Notes: generated from the sequence alone by a model not told the origin. 54,675 nt of DNA from a virus (IMGVR_UViG_3300030333_004255:1-54675); one strand, 5' to 3'. Positions 26,114 to 35,050 are shown, counted from the stretch's first letter. Program-made: numbers and translations.

Positions 26114-27076
26114 ATGAAGTATTCGTATAGCCAAATAAAAACATTTGGAAAGTGTCAGTACAAATGGCACCTAAATTACAAGGAAGGTCTTGTACCTCCT
26201 CCATCTGATGTCATGTCATTCGGCAAGTTCGGTCACAAGATGATTGAGAACGTATTGCTTGGTAGAGACATTTTGCATGACATCGTAGTGGGTGAGGGTG
26301 ATTTTGACATGACGGAATTGCAAGAGCTTCAAGACTTGCTCGATGACGCTCAAACTGTAGTCGAGTTATTCTTGAAGACTTTACCACTCAGTGACTGGGA
26401 AACCGTACAGTTAGACGGTGAACCTTTGATTGAGAAGAAGCTTGAGATGGACCTGGGTAGAGGTACCCAATACATCGGATACATTGACTGGGTTGCCAGG
26501 CACAAGTCATCAGGCCAGGTGTGGTTGTGGGACTTCAAGTTCAGAGGGTCTTTCTTGCCGGACTGGACTGAGGAGCTGGACTTACAGAAGCCTACTTACA
26601 TGAAGCATCTGTATGACCTAGGGGTGGAACCAATCGGCACCATCAGTTGTCAGATCAAGAACAAGGCTCCAAAGGTTCCAACCCTGACTAAGAAGGGTGG
26701 GCTGTCGAAGGCCAAGATCACCACCACCTGGGAGACTTATTACCAGGCTATCATAGACAACGGGTTGGACCCTGCGGACTATGAAGACATGAGAGAGAAG
26801 CTTGCAGGTAACACCTGGTTCCAACTGTCTAGAAGTTTCAGACAGCCAGAAGAGGTTGATAGAACTTGGAACGAAGTGTTCCTGCGAACGGTAGACAAAA
26901 TAGAAACTCAGTGGTCCAGCGATACACCGCCGCCACGATCAATAGATTTTATGAGCTGCAACATGTGCCAGTTCAGAGACATTTGTATTGAAGATCTTAA
27001 AGGTAGGGACACCGAAGATCTGAAAGCTTTATTTAACAAAAGGGAAAACAAACATGCCTCCAAAGAAACTATCTAG
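26114..27076 (+). CDS. PD-(D/E)xK exonuclease (RecB/Cas4-like, probable Fe-S)
   Basis: SYSQ..CQYKW, GYIDW, WDFK and C-terminal CxxCxxxxxC. Confidence 0.9.
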   Translation: MKYSYSQIKTFGKCQYKWHLNYKEGLVPPPSDVMSFGKFGHKMIENVLLGRDILHDIVVGEGDFDMTELQELQDLLDDAQTVVELFLKTLPLSDWETVQLDGEPLIEKKLEMDLGRGTQYIGYIDWVARHKSSGQVWLWDFKFRGSFLPDWTEELDLQKPTYMKHLYDLGVEPIGTISCQIKNKAPKVPTLTKKGGLSKAKITTTWETYYQAIIDNGLDPADYEDMREKLAGNTWFQLSRSFRQPEEVDRTWNEVFLRTVDKIETQWSSDTPPPRSIDFMSCNMCQFRDICIEDLKGRDTEDLKALFNKRENKHASKETI

Positions 27077-27830
27077 AAGTCCACAGTACTGGAACGGAAT
27101 GATCTATGCTCCACCAGGGGCAGGTAAGACAACTTTGTTTGGTACTGCTCAACGTCACCCCGACATGCAGCACGTACTATTCATTGATGTGGAAGGGGGT
27201 TTGTCCTCCGTCAGTCACATCGATGGGATTCTTTACGAGCGTGTTGGTAAGGATGATTCGGGTAAGCCCAACCACCGTACCTGTGAAGATCTAGAGCGGA
27301 TTTTCTGGAGCCTGGTCAACAAAGAAAAAGGTTATGAGAAGATTCAAACTGTTGTCATTGATAGTGGTACGGAACTTCAAGGCATGGATCTTCAGGACAT
27401 CGTGATGTCTCACGTCAATGATCCGAAGCACAGACGAGATAACCCAGATTTGCTGGAGCAGCGAGATTACATGTTGAACACATCTCGACTCAAGCGGATC
27501 TTTCGTTTGTTTCGTGACGCTGATTTCCATTTCTTTGTGAGTGCCTTGACTAGAAAGATTGAGGACGACAAAGGAAACATGACGGAGATGGCACCACACT
27601 TCACACAGAAGCTAGGTGAAACTCTCATGGGGTACATGGACTTTGTATGGTTTATGTATGTGGACAAAGACGGCAATCGAAAGATGCTAACCCAACCAAA
27701 AGGTCCATACAAAGCAAAGACCCGAGGTCTAGAATTTGCAGAAGCTATTGGACCCGTGGTTGAGAACCCAACCATGCCTAAGTTGTATGAGCTTTACTTG
27801 AAGGCTGGAAACACAAATAAGAAAAAATAA
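27054..27830 (+). CDS. Sak4-like AAA recombinase
   Basis: YAPPGAGKTT, FIDVEGG and VVIDS; located between the exonuclease and SSB. Confidence 0.85.
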   Translation: MPPKKLSRSPQYWNGMIYAPPGAGKTTLFGTAQRHPDMQHVLFIDVEGGLSSVSHIDGILYERVGKDDSGKPNHRTCEDLERIFWSLVNKEKGYEKIQTVVIDSGTELQGMDLQDIVMSHVNDPKHRRDNPDLLEQRDYMLNTSRLKRIFRLFRDADFHFFVSALTRKIEDDKGNMTEMAPHFTQKLGETLMGYMDFVWFMYVDKDGNRKMLTQPKGPYKAKTRGLEFAEAIGPVVENPTMPKLYELYLKAGNTNKKK

Positions 27831-27928
27831 GGGGAGCAACCCAGAAACAGGTAGGGTGGGTCGCTCCCCTGGAAAAACACACCCTCCCAGACTAAACATT
27901 TTTAGAAAAAACTACAAGGGAGATTCTC

Positions 27929-28381
27929 ATGAATCCTGAAGCATTAGACCAAGAGTGGGAAATTGATTTGAGTGAAGTGTCATCTGGTAAGAAGAAGACT
28001 TCGAATGATGACCCCAAACGATTCTGTATTCCAGACGGACCTTACGCCGTCAAGGTAACGGATGTAAACCGGGAGATGTCTTCAAACGACAACCCTATGT
28101 TTGTTTGGGATTTCGAAGTTTGCGATGGCCCACACACCGGGCATAGCATTCGTTACTGGACAACCATTACACCTGCCGCACTCTGGAAGGTATCAGAGAC
28201 AGTGGTGGCACTGGGTCTTGGAGACAACGGGCAACTTGCCAAGTTCACTAAGGAGAAAGCTTTGGGCCGTCGAGCCATGGCGGAAGTCAAAGCCGAAGAG
28301 TGGAACAAGAAGTGGAACTCTAAGATCCAATCGATGGAGGCCCACCCTGATGGCCCCATCATGGATGATCTACCATTCTGA
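27929..28381 (+). CDS. Single-stranded DNA-binding protein (DUF669-like)
   Basis: IPDGPYAVKV...NPMFVWDFEV and acidic C-terminus DDLPF. Confidence 0.85.
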   Translation: MNPEALDQEWEIDLSEVSSGKKKTSNDDPKRFCIPDGPYAVKVTDVNREMSSNDNPMFVWDFEVCDGPHTGHSIRYWTTITPAALWKVSETVVALGLGDNGQLAKFTKEKALGRRAMAEVKAEEWNKKWNSKIQSMEAHPDGPIMDDLPF

Positions 28382-28450
28382 AAACTGTATTGATCTAGCT
28401 GAGAGGGGTGGGGGTTACCCCCGCCCCGCTTGGCCAAAGGAATAACACAC

Positions 28451-30142
28451 GTGATCATAGATACAGATAATTTCAGTTGGGCTGTCAACCAGATTAGCAA
28501 ACACGATCTTGTCTTCGTAGACTTGGAGACCACTGGTCTCGAACCATTTAACGGGGATAAGATTTGTGGTGTTGCTGTCATGGTTGGCGAAGACTCTATG
28601 TACTTCCCCTTTCGTCATATGGTGGGAGCAAACTTACCAAAAGATTATATGGGCAAGCTTGCTCCTTATTTATCAGACCCTCACAAAACTTACTGTGGGC
28701 ACAACTACAAGTTTGACCTCAAGTTCCTACACTGCGCTGGAGTAAAACTACCTGAGAAGATTCTCGATACTATGATTGCAGCGCACCTGGTGTACGAGGA
28801 GGAGAAGTCTTTTGGCCTCAAGCAGCTAGGTGACAAGTACTTGGGCAAAGGAGCCAGTGATGAGTCCAGCATCCTTGACGATAAGCTAAACCTGTTTGGC
28901 TTCAAGAAGTCAGAGATGTACCGACTACCTGCATCAGACGTAGCACTTTACGCTGAGCAGGATGTAAAGTTAACCGCTAGACTCTTGTCCTTATTTCAAG
29001 ATTTGTTAACCCAGGAAAAAAATATGGACCTCTTCAAAGAGGTTTGTAAGTTCCAGCTCCTCATAACCAGGATGGAAATCCTAGGGATACACATAGATAC
29101 AGACAGGGTTCGTCAATTCATGGCGGAAGCTAAGACCCAAATCAACAAAGTAGGTCTAAGCATTCGTCAAATGAGGGGACGTAACATCAACCCTGGTTCT
29201 CCCCAACAAGTAACCGAATGGCTAGGTACACCAGATTCAAAGAGCCGTACTCTTGAAAGGTTGAAAAGAAACCGCAAAGAGTGTGAAGCTATCTTGAATT
29301 ATCGTGCCTGGTCCAAAGTAAAGAATACCTATTACAGTCCCTTCATCCAACAGGTGGACCCTGATGGAAACATCCACCCAACATTTAGAATGACTGGGAC
29401 TGTATCTGGAAGACTATCCTGCTCTAAGCCCAACCTACATGCGGTTCCCCGCAAGTCTGACATATACAAAGTCAAGAACTGCATACGGGCTAGAGCAGGG
29501 TATGTCTTATCAGAGATAGATTATAGCCAGGCTGAAATTAGAGTAGGGTCTCACTACGCCAGAGAAAACAAGATGCTTGAGATGATTCGCTCAGGTGTAG
29601 ACATCCACACTCAGACGGCTAAGGAAGTAGGCATAGACCGCTTCATAGCCAAGACCCTCAACTTCAGTATCATCTATGGGATCGGGCCAATGGCTTTGGC
29701 AGAGAACCTGGAGATATCTGAGGAAGAGGCTCGCACTTATCTCAACAAGTACAACAAGAAGTTCCCAGGCTTCCGAAGACTCTTATACAACGCACAGACA
29801 GCAGCCGAGACCAGAGGCTACATCCAGATGTATACGGGACGCAGGAGGCATTTCAGGGGCGAAGACGCTCCTTACCACAAGGCCATCTCCTACCTTATCC
29901 AAGGGTCAGCAGCCGAGATGCTACGCACTTCGATGTGTAGGATCTGGGATGAGTTAGACCGCGACGTTGTAAGGATGGTTCTTACAGTTCATGACAGTAT
30001 CCTCTTTGAGATTAAAGAAGGGTACGAGAAAGAAATCATTCCAGAGATTCTTCAGATCATGAACGACCAAAGGTGGTGCTCGTCACCTATCAAGAGTGAT
30101 GCAGACGTAGGGTTGTACTGGGGTGAAATGACACCCTTCTAA
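28451..30142 (+). CDS. polA: Family A DNA polymerase with 3'-5' exonuclease
   Basis: DLETTG, HNYKFD, YAEQD, GRLS, DYSQAE, AKTLNFSIIYG and VHDS. Start placed at AGGAATAACACAC-GTG; the track starts at TTG 28430. Confidence 0.97.
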   Translation: MIIDTDNFSWAVNQISKHDLVFVDLETTGLEPFNGDKICGVAVMVGEDSMYFPFRHMVGANLPKDYMGKLAPYLSDPHKTYCGHNYKFDLKFLHCAGVKLPEKILDTMIAAHLVYEEEKSFGLKQLGDKYLGKGASDESSILDDKLNLFGFKKSEMYRLPASDVALYAEQDVKLTARLLSLFQDLLTQEKNMDLFKEVCKFQLLITRMEILGIHIDTDRVRQFMAEAKTQINKVGLSIRQMRGRNINPGSPQQVTEWLGTPDSKSRTLERLKRNRKECEAILNYRAWSKVKNTYYSPFIQQVDPDGNIHPTFRMTGTVSGRLSCSKPNLHAVPRKSDIYKVKNCIRARAGYVLSEIDYSQAEIRVGSHYARENKMLEMIRSGVDIHTQTAKEVGIDRFIAKTLNFSIIYGIGPMALAENLEISEEEARTYLNKYNKKFPGFRRLLYNAQTAAETRGYIQMYTGRRRHFRGEDAPYHKAISYLIQGSAAEMLRTSMCRIWDELDRDVVRMVLTVHDSILFEIKEGYEKEIIPEILQIMNDQRWCSSPIKSDADVGLYWGEMTPF

Positions 30143-30169
30143 GGTAGTCTAATATTAAGGGGGAATAAT

Positions 30170-30376
30170 ATGACTAGACCTAAAACTACTTACTGTCAGA
30201 ATTGCATAACTATTACAGATAAGCTATCTTTGGAAGATTACGGGGAAAGAAAATTTTGGATCTGCGCTAAGTGTAAGTTCCCGCTCCCGAAGAAAGCTTA
30301 TGAGTTAGGTTACAAAGTTTCTGGAAAAGCTTGGGGTGAAGACTTGTACAGAAAAAAGGGAATCAGGAACAGCTAG
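30170..30376 (+). CDS. Small Zn-finger protein
   Basis: CQNC...CAKC. Confidence 0.6.
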   Translation: MTRPKTTYCQNCITITDKLSLEDYGERKFWICAKCKFPLPKKAYELGYKVSGKAWGEDLYRKKGIRNS

Positions 30377-30384
30377 GAGGGGAT

Positions 30385-30816
30385 ATGTTCAAAACAAAGG
30401 GGCACGCACAGGGGTATGCAAAAGAAGATCTGAAACTTTTGCAAGAGTACATCAAGAATTTAGATAATGACATTAAGGACGTAGCTGCAAAAGCTTCTCA
30501 ATATAAAAGATTAGAGTTGGAAGAAATGGAATCAAATGAGTACCTGGCAGAGGTACCTCCAAGAGATTTCTATGACATGTTCACTCAACTCATCAGAGAT
30601 TTGAAAGCATGTAAGAAAACTCTTCATGTCATGGAGAGAAAAGTAGATAGAGTTATGAACCAGTCAAAACCTAAGTACAAGGTTTTAGATTGGGTTTTAC
30701 TTATACCGCTATTTGAAAAATTTGGATGGGTGAACAATGGGCAAATATCAGCGGGAGAAGGGAGCACGGTTCGAGAGGGAAGTCGCCAACATTCTGAAGT
30801 CCGTGTTCGGTGGTAG
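30385..30816 (+). CDS. Hypothetical protein
   Basis: AGGAGG RBS. Confidence 0.6.
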   Translation: MFKTKGHAQGYAKEDLKLLQEYIKNLDNDIKDVAAKASQYKRLELEEMESNEYLAEVPPRDFYDMFTQLIRDLKACKKTLHVMERKVDRVMNQSKPKYKVLDWVLLIPLFEKFGWVNNGQISAGEGSTVREGSRQHSEVRVRW

Positions 30817-31084
30817 AACAACTAGATCGTCAGGGCAATGCTTCTCTGGCGATACCAGGGCAGATGTGGACTGCCCTGAGATTTGGGTAGAGTGTAAAGT
30901 TGGGGCACGTCCCAACATCAAGGCTGCTCTTGAACAGGCAGAGGAAGCCAAGGCTTCTAGCGGCGCATCAAAGATGTGTGTCGCTGTATGCAAATGGGAT
31001 AGGCAGCCAGCAACAGCAACTATGAGACTCGATGACTTCGTGAAAGTTTTGAGTCTCGCATACGGAGATAAGTACAATGAATGA
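30737..31084 (+). CDS. Holliday junction resolvase-like PD-(D/E)xK endonuclease
   Basis: KGARFEREVA...ADVD...VECK. Confidence 0.85.
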   Translation: MGKYQREKGARFEREVANILKSVFGGRTTRSSGQCFSGDTRADVDCPEIWVECKVGARPNIKAALEQAEEAKASSGASKMCVAVCKWDRQPATATMRLDDFVKVLSLAYGDKYNE

Positions 31085-31271
31085 AGTTACTAAACCAAAG
31101 AGCGCCAGAGGTAGAGCTAAGGACAACCTTCGGGACACTATTGCAATCGCAGCGATGCAGGGGATTTTAGCAAGCTCCTCGTCCATGAGGTTTGGAAGTG
31201 AGAAGGCGCTGGCTAAACATGCTTATGATTTAGCAGAGGCTATGATTGAGTACAGGAACTCTAATATGTGA
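31077..31271 (+). CDS. Small conserved phage protein
   Basis: LRDxIAxAAMQG...AYDLAEAMI pattern. Confidence 0.75.
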   Translation: MNEVTKPKSARGRAKDNLRDTIAIAAMQGILASSSSMRFGSEKALAKHAYDLAEAMIEYRNSNM

Positions 31272-31294
31272 GTAACCGGGGGGAAAACACACAC

Positions 31295-32047
31295 ATGAAA
31301 ATAAAACCTATCTTATATCTAGTCTGCGGAATGGCAGTAGTCTTGAAGTGTTGGTTAACCGTACGGTTCTGCTGGGAGTTGGACGGTAATAACGTTGAGG
31401 CTACAGTGCTTGGACTTATCAATGACCTGGCCCAGCTTGGGTTTGGTTTGATGGCAGTCTACTTCTACGGCGTCAGAAAGATAGCTCTGTATGGTTTGTC
31501 AGCTGCTTGCACCGTAGTCTCTATCATAGCCAGCTTGGGGTTCTTTATCCAATCGGACAAAGTTTCCCAGGTCAAAGCTGTGGAGAGGACAGCAAATTAC
31601 CAGCAACTTCTGTCTAAAAAGGAGAGGCTTGTGGGGATGAATGCTTCTGACCTACAGGTTGCTCTAAGGTATGAGGGTTACAATAGAATCACAGATGCTA
31701 AGAATCTTAGAGCTGTGGTGGCTGATAGGGAAGATCAGATAAGCTATATAGCTCTGGAGATTGACAAGCTGGAGCAAGCCCCGCCAGAAGAGATAGGCTC
31801 TCCTATGTTTGCGGGACTTGCAACCATGACCGGATGGACTTCATCCAATATAAGAATGGTTTCATACATCTACTTGTCCATTCTTCTAGAGATCATAGCC
31901 CTGGTTAGCCTGGCCTTTACTGCACCAAAACCTGTTTCACGTGAAACTGTTATAGAGTCGGTGGCTCCTCTGGCTTACCTAACAGACGGGGGTCTGAGTA
32001 ACCGTTTGGATACAGCTGAAAACATTGCCAGCCCCAGGTATGCGTAA
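31295..32047 (+). CDS. Multi-TM protein with a coiled-coil loop
   Basis: Three N-terminal TMs, a coiled coil and a fourth TM; start at GGGGAAAACACACACATG. Confidence 0.75.
   Translation: MKIKPILYLVCGMAVVLKCWLTVRFCWELDGNNVEATVLGLINDLAQLGFGLMAVYFYGVRKIALYGLSAACTVVSIIASLGFFIQSDKVSQVKAVERTANYQQLLSKKERLVGMNASDLQVALRYEGYNRITDAKNLRAVVADREDQISYIALEIDKLEQAPPEEIGSPMFAGLATMTGWTSSNIRMVSYIYLSILLEIIALVSLAFTAPKPVSRETVIESVAPLAYLTDGGLSNRLDTAENIASPRYA
31933..31948. promoter_or_regulatory. parS-like site
   Basis: TGTTTCACGTGAAACT, a 15/16 match to the consensus TGTTTCACGTGAAACA. Confidence 0.5.
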
Positions 32048-32264
32048 CATTGCTACTCAGTAGATAGGTACGGTTCTGGTAAGTAACTAACGGGAAACCA
32101 GCGGCAATAGATTCCCCAGTGAGCTTACCTTCAACCCAACGGTCTGTACAAGGTTCAACGAACCTAACGTCTACACCGATTTTAGCTGATTTCGGTGTAG
32201 GCGTGCAGTCAACGCAGCTGATACTCAGGATTATCAAGGGCAACAAACCTTTTAGCTTACTCAT
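31950..32264 (-). CDS. Putative lipoprotein at the end of the late operon
   Basis: MSKLKGLLPLIILSISC signal and lipobox; the 3' end overlaps the convergent gene. Confidence 0.5.
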   Translation of the reverse strand: MSKLKGLLPLIILSISCVDCTPTPKSAKIGVDVRFVEPCTDRWVEGKLTGESIAAGFPLVTYQNRTYLLSSNVTHTWGWQCFQLYPNGYSDPRLLGKPEEPPTL

Positions 32265-32638
32265 TTACCCGCCCTTGGTTTCTTGTAGTTAATGCTTTCA
32301 ACCGCCTGGTGTAGCAGTAGACCAAACACTTGGATTGATTTGTGCTCCATGTCAGCCTCGGAGAAGAAGTTGATTGCTTCCACAATCTCGTGCCAGAAAG
32401 TCTCCCAGGCTAAAGTGTTATTCATATTAGTATTGATAGCGATCACCAGATTAGACGGGTCAAAGTAGCCGTAACAATCGTCCAGGTTTTCTCTAACCAC
32501 CTCGATGGTGTGGCCAGCGATGGTCACTTCAACAGGCAGCTTTTTGGACCGGCTCTTCTTTTTCTTAGAGCTGTTAGGTTTAGGGGGTATGCTCTTGTAG
32601 TATATTTTCATCTGATTAACTCCCCTTCTAAGATACAA
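32261..32638 (-). CDS. Small zincin-like protein (HExxE variant)
   Basis: CYGYFD...IAIN...TFWHEIVEA. Confidence 0.65.
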   Translation of the reverse strand: MYLRRGVNQMKIYYKSIPPKPNSSKKKKSRSKKLPVEVTIAGHTIEVVRENLDDCYGYFDPSNLVIAINTNMNNTLAWETFWHEIVEAINFFSEADMEHKSIQVFGLLLHQAVESINYKKPRAGK

Positions 32639-33348
32639 CTCTTGTTAACTATTGGTATTGATTGAAGAATAGGTGTGCCGTCCTTGTGGATATACCCCAC
32701 ACCAAAGCCCGTCACCCACTCAGCAGCCATGGACGCTTGGTTGGCGTAGTCGATTTGACTTATATCCCCCAGCCACCCAAACATCGCAGCGGTTAGAAGC
32801 TGACCCTGGACATTGTTCCTGGTAATCGTCGCGCACCTATGTGTGTGCCCGATGATGACAGACGAACCTAGCTTGGCTGCCGCAGTCCGGTGAGCACTTT
32901 GCCCTGATGACCCATAGTCATGAGATACAACTAGATTACCTAACTTCAATTGTTTTCTATATGGAATGTACTCCCAGTTATTTTCAGACAGTTCAAATAG
33001 CTTATCTGTTTCCACCATGCCGAATAGCTCAGGTGCTTTCGACATTACATACCGCTCTAGTCGGTACTCATGGTTACCAGATAGATAGATTTTGCGTGGT
33101 ACGTCTAAACGCTCAATCCTGGCCAGGCACTTGCGTACGGCCTTTACTTCATCTTGAAGTAGAGCCACCCGATTGGGTGATTTGTCGTGAGAGCTGACAG
33201 AGTAGAAGTCAGCAAAGTCGCCAAGGATAACGAGAACATCAGGCTGGAATCGGTCAATGGCTTTTAGTGCAATCTTGAATGCAGATTGGTCATGATACGG
33301 TACGTGTGTATCAGGGATGAAGAAAACTTTCTTTACTCCCCGAATCAT
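32608..33348 (-). CDS. Calcineurin-like metallophosphoesterase
   Basis: DTH, GDFAD, GNHE, SH and GHTH motifs. Confidence 0.93.
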   Translation of the reverse strand: MIRGVKKVFFIPDTHVPYHDQSAFKIALKAIDRFQPDVLVILGDFADFYSVSSHDKSPNRVALLQDEVKAVRKCLARIERLDVPRKIYLSGNHEYRLERYVMSKAPELFGMVETDKLFELSENNWEYIPYRKQLKLGNLVVSHDYGSSGQSAHRTAAAKLGSSVIIGHTHRCATITRNNVQGQLLTAAMFGWLGDISQIDYANQASMAAEWVTGFGVGYIHKDGTPILQSIPIVNKSCILEGELIR

Positions 33349-33371
33349 TATTATCCCCTATGTTAGTGTCA

Positions 33372-33962
33372 TTAGAACCTCAGATTATTCAGATCTCGTT
33401 TGTCGATCAGTGTGTACGTAAACTTGTCCCAACCCCTCAGAGCAATCTGAGTTCGACACAATTTAAGAAGTCTTTGAAAGTCAGCTTCTCTAGCAAAGAC
33501 TTGGCACCCCGCTGACCATCGGTCTACACGAGTAGATACTTTTCCAGCCTTATGTATATTGATGCCGTAGAAACCTTCAGCTACTTCATTTGAATTTAAA
33601 TCCAGTATAGTGTCCCGGTTTGCATCTCGGTAAACCTTCACAGGTCCATTCCTTTGGCACAGTGCGGTGTATTGTTTTCTATGTAGGTCTAAAGACCATA
33701 CGCCCCGATACTGCCCAGGGACCAGGATGGCTGTGCCTTTTACGTTCTGTGGATTTTCAAGATGGTAGTGACCGGGATCGGTCGTTGCTGGCCAGTACTC
33801 TACCTTCCAATGTCCGTCCTCTAGGTACGCGCAACCCAGTAGATCATCGAAAGCATTGTAATTTAGATTGCATCTAATGCCGAATATATTTAAATCAAAG
33901 TCACCGCTATCAAATACAGCGTGACCTAAATTCTTCATGTGCTCCAATATTAGCGGTAGCAT
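33372..33962 (-). CDS. Putative endolysin, YkuD/L,D-peptidase-like
   Basis: GINIH...WSAGCQV (His...SxGC); next to holin-like genes. Confidence 0.7.
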   Translation of the reverse strand: MLPLILEHMKNLGHAVFDSGDFDLNIFGIRCNLNYNAFDDLLGCAYLEDGHWKVEYWPATTDPGHYHLENPQNVKGTAILVPGQYRGVWSLDLHRKQYTALCQRNGPVKVYRDANRDTILDLNSNEVAEGFYGINIHKAGKVSTRVDRWSAGCQVFAREADFQRLLKLCRTQIALRGWDKFTYTLIDKRDLNNLRF

Positions 33963-33971
33963 ATTGTCCCC

Positions 33972-34217
33972 TCACCATGTGACCCTCACCCCGGTTAATG
34001 CTTCCCATTGCTTATTAGTATTAGCGCCAGCAGAGGCAAATAGAGAAACCGAGTCGCTAACTCGATGATCAAGACGAGCATCAATCCTACCGACATCATT
34101 ATTAATACCGGCAATAAGATTAAACGCTCCCGAACCTTGGCCCATCTTTTCGATCCCCTGTAACGCCGCATTAACTCGTTCTTCTATTCCTCCGTCGATG
34201 ACGGCTCCTGCTTTTTT
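33972..34217 (-). CDS. YadA-anchor-like beta-barrel module (-1 frameshift extension of the holin-like gene, or a 57-aa ORF from ATG 34145)
   Basis: My translation: KKAGAVIDGGIEERVNAALQGIEKMGQGSGAFNLIAGINNDVGRIDARLDHRVSDSVSLFASAGANTNKQWEALTGVRVTW*. It fills the holin-endolysin gap. Confidence 0.7.
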   Translation of the reverse strand, partial: KKAGAVIDGGIEERVNAALQGIEKMGQGSGAFNLIAGINNDVGRIDARLDHRVSDSVSLFASAGANTNKQWEALTGVRVTW

Positions 34218-34432
34218 ACAAGCTCTTTAGCTGCTCCAATCTGAGCAACTCCCTGCACCTCTTTACCCTTCACCATTGAACGGCCAGCAGCGTAAGAGCT
34301 GCCGCACACTGCGGAAAGAATACCACCAGCAATAGTGGTCCACTGGTTCTCGCCAACACTGGCCAGGATAAGACCGCCAACCATTCCTACTAAGTTCAAC
34401 CAGAATTCAGTTGATTTAAATCCGCTCTTCAC
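34184..34432 (-). CDS. Holin-like membrane protein
   Basis: KSGFKSTEFW N-terminus and two hydrophobic segments, upstream of the endolysin. Confidence 0.7.
   Translation of the reverse strand: MKSGFKSTEFWLNLVGMVGGLILASVGENQWTTIAGGILSAVCGSSYAAGRSMVKGKEVQGVAQIGAAKELVKKQEPSSTEE
34211..34217 (-). promoter_or_regulatory. Predicted -1 ribosomal frameshift site A_AAA_AAG
   Basis: GTA AAA AAG in frame; hairpin CCGTC-ATC-GACGG 6 nt downstream. Confidence 0.65.
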
Positions 34433-34712
34433 GACGTGCCTCCCTTAATGCTTCTTCCCTAGCAGTCTGTTTAGTCCAGTTGATTCTTACCTCTTCCCTG
34501 AACTCACAGAACTCCCGATGAAAATCGGATGTCTTGTCTGTTAAATTTTCAACGTTGTCTTGAAGTTCTTTTACTTGCAGTTCAAGTAAACTAATACGAG
34601 TATAAACGGTCCCGCCATTCTTCTTGGCCATCTGCTTCTCGACCAATTTTATCAGAGCCATTACGACTCCAACCAGGGCTGCGGTGCCCGCAGGTTGTGT
34701 AAGCTCTTCCAT
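34416..34712 (-). CDS. Single-TM coiled-coil lysis-region protein
   Basis: AALVGVVMALI followed by heptad repeats. Confidence 0.65.
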   Translation of the reverse strand: MEELTQPAGTAALVGVVMALIKLVEKQMAKKNGGTVYTRISLLELQVKELQDNVENLTDKTSDFHREFCEFREEVRINWTKQTAREEALREARREERI

Positions 34713-34735
34713 CCCCCATCCCCTTTGTCCCCGTA

Positions 34736-35050
34736 TTATTCCTCCGACGACCAGCTTGCTACCAGTTCAGCAGCCTTACCTTGGGGCATCAGCGAGAACC
34801 CTTCGGCCTGCAACGCTGGTATCTCCACCTCAAAGTCCAGTTGGGAGAACTTCACAATCTGGTGCGTGTCGTTCTTTGCGCCGAGTCCTACCTGACGTGA
34901 GCGCGTGGCTTGTCGGTACGTCGGGTGGACGTGTGTCTCGTTATCGTCCTCGTCTATTAACACGTAGTCGAACCGCGTAATTTCCGCAGGCAAAGCCGTG
35001 TCGATTTTATCTAGCGGCACTAGCGCGTAAGTCCAGCTCCATTGACTCAT
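34736..35050 (-). CDS. Hypothetical tail-associated protein
   Basis: ATGA-coupled to the LamG gene. Confidence 0.65.
   Translation of the reverse strand: MSQWSWTYALVPLDKIDTALPAEITRFDYVLIDEDDNETHVHPTYRQATRSRQVGLGAKNDTHQIVKFSQLDFEVEIPALQAEGFSLMPQGKAAELVASWSSEE

Noticed and set aside
26114-27076. Cas4-like nuclease as part of a CRISPR system
   Set aside because: It sits in the ordinary exonuclease-Sak4-SSB phage recombination module.
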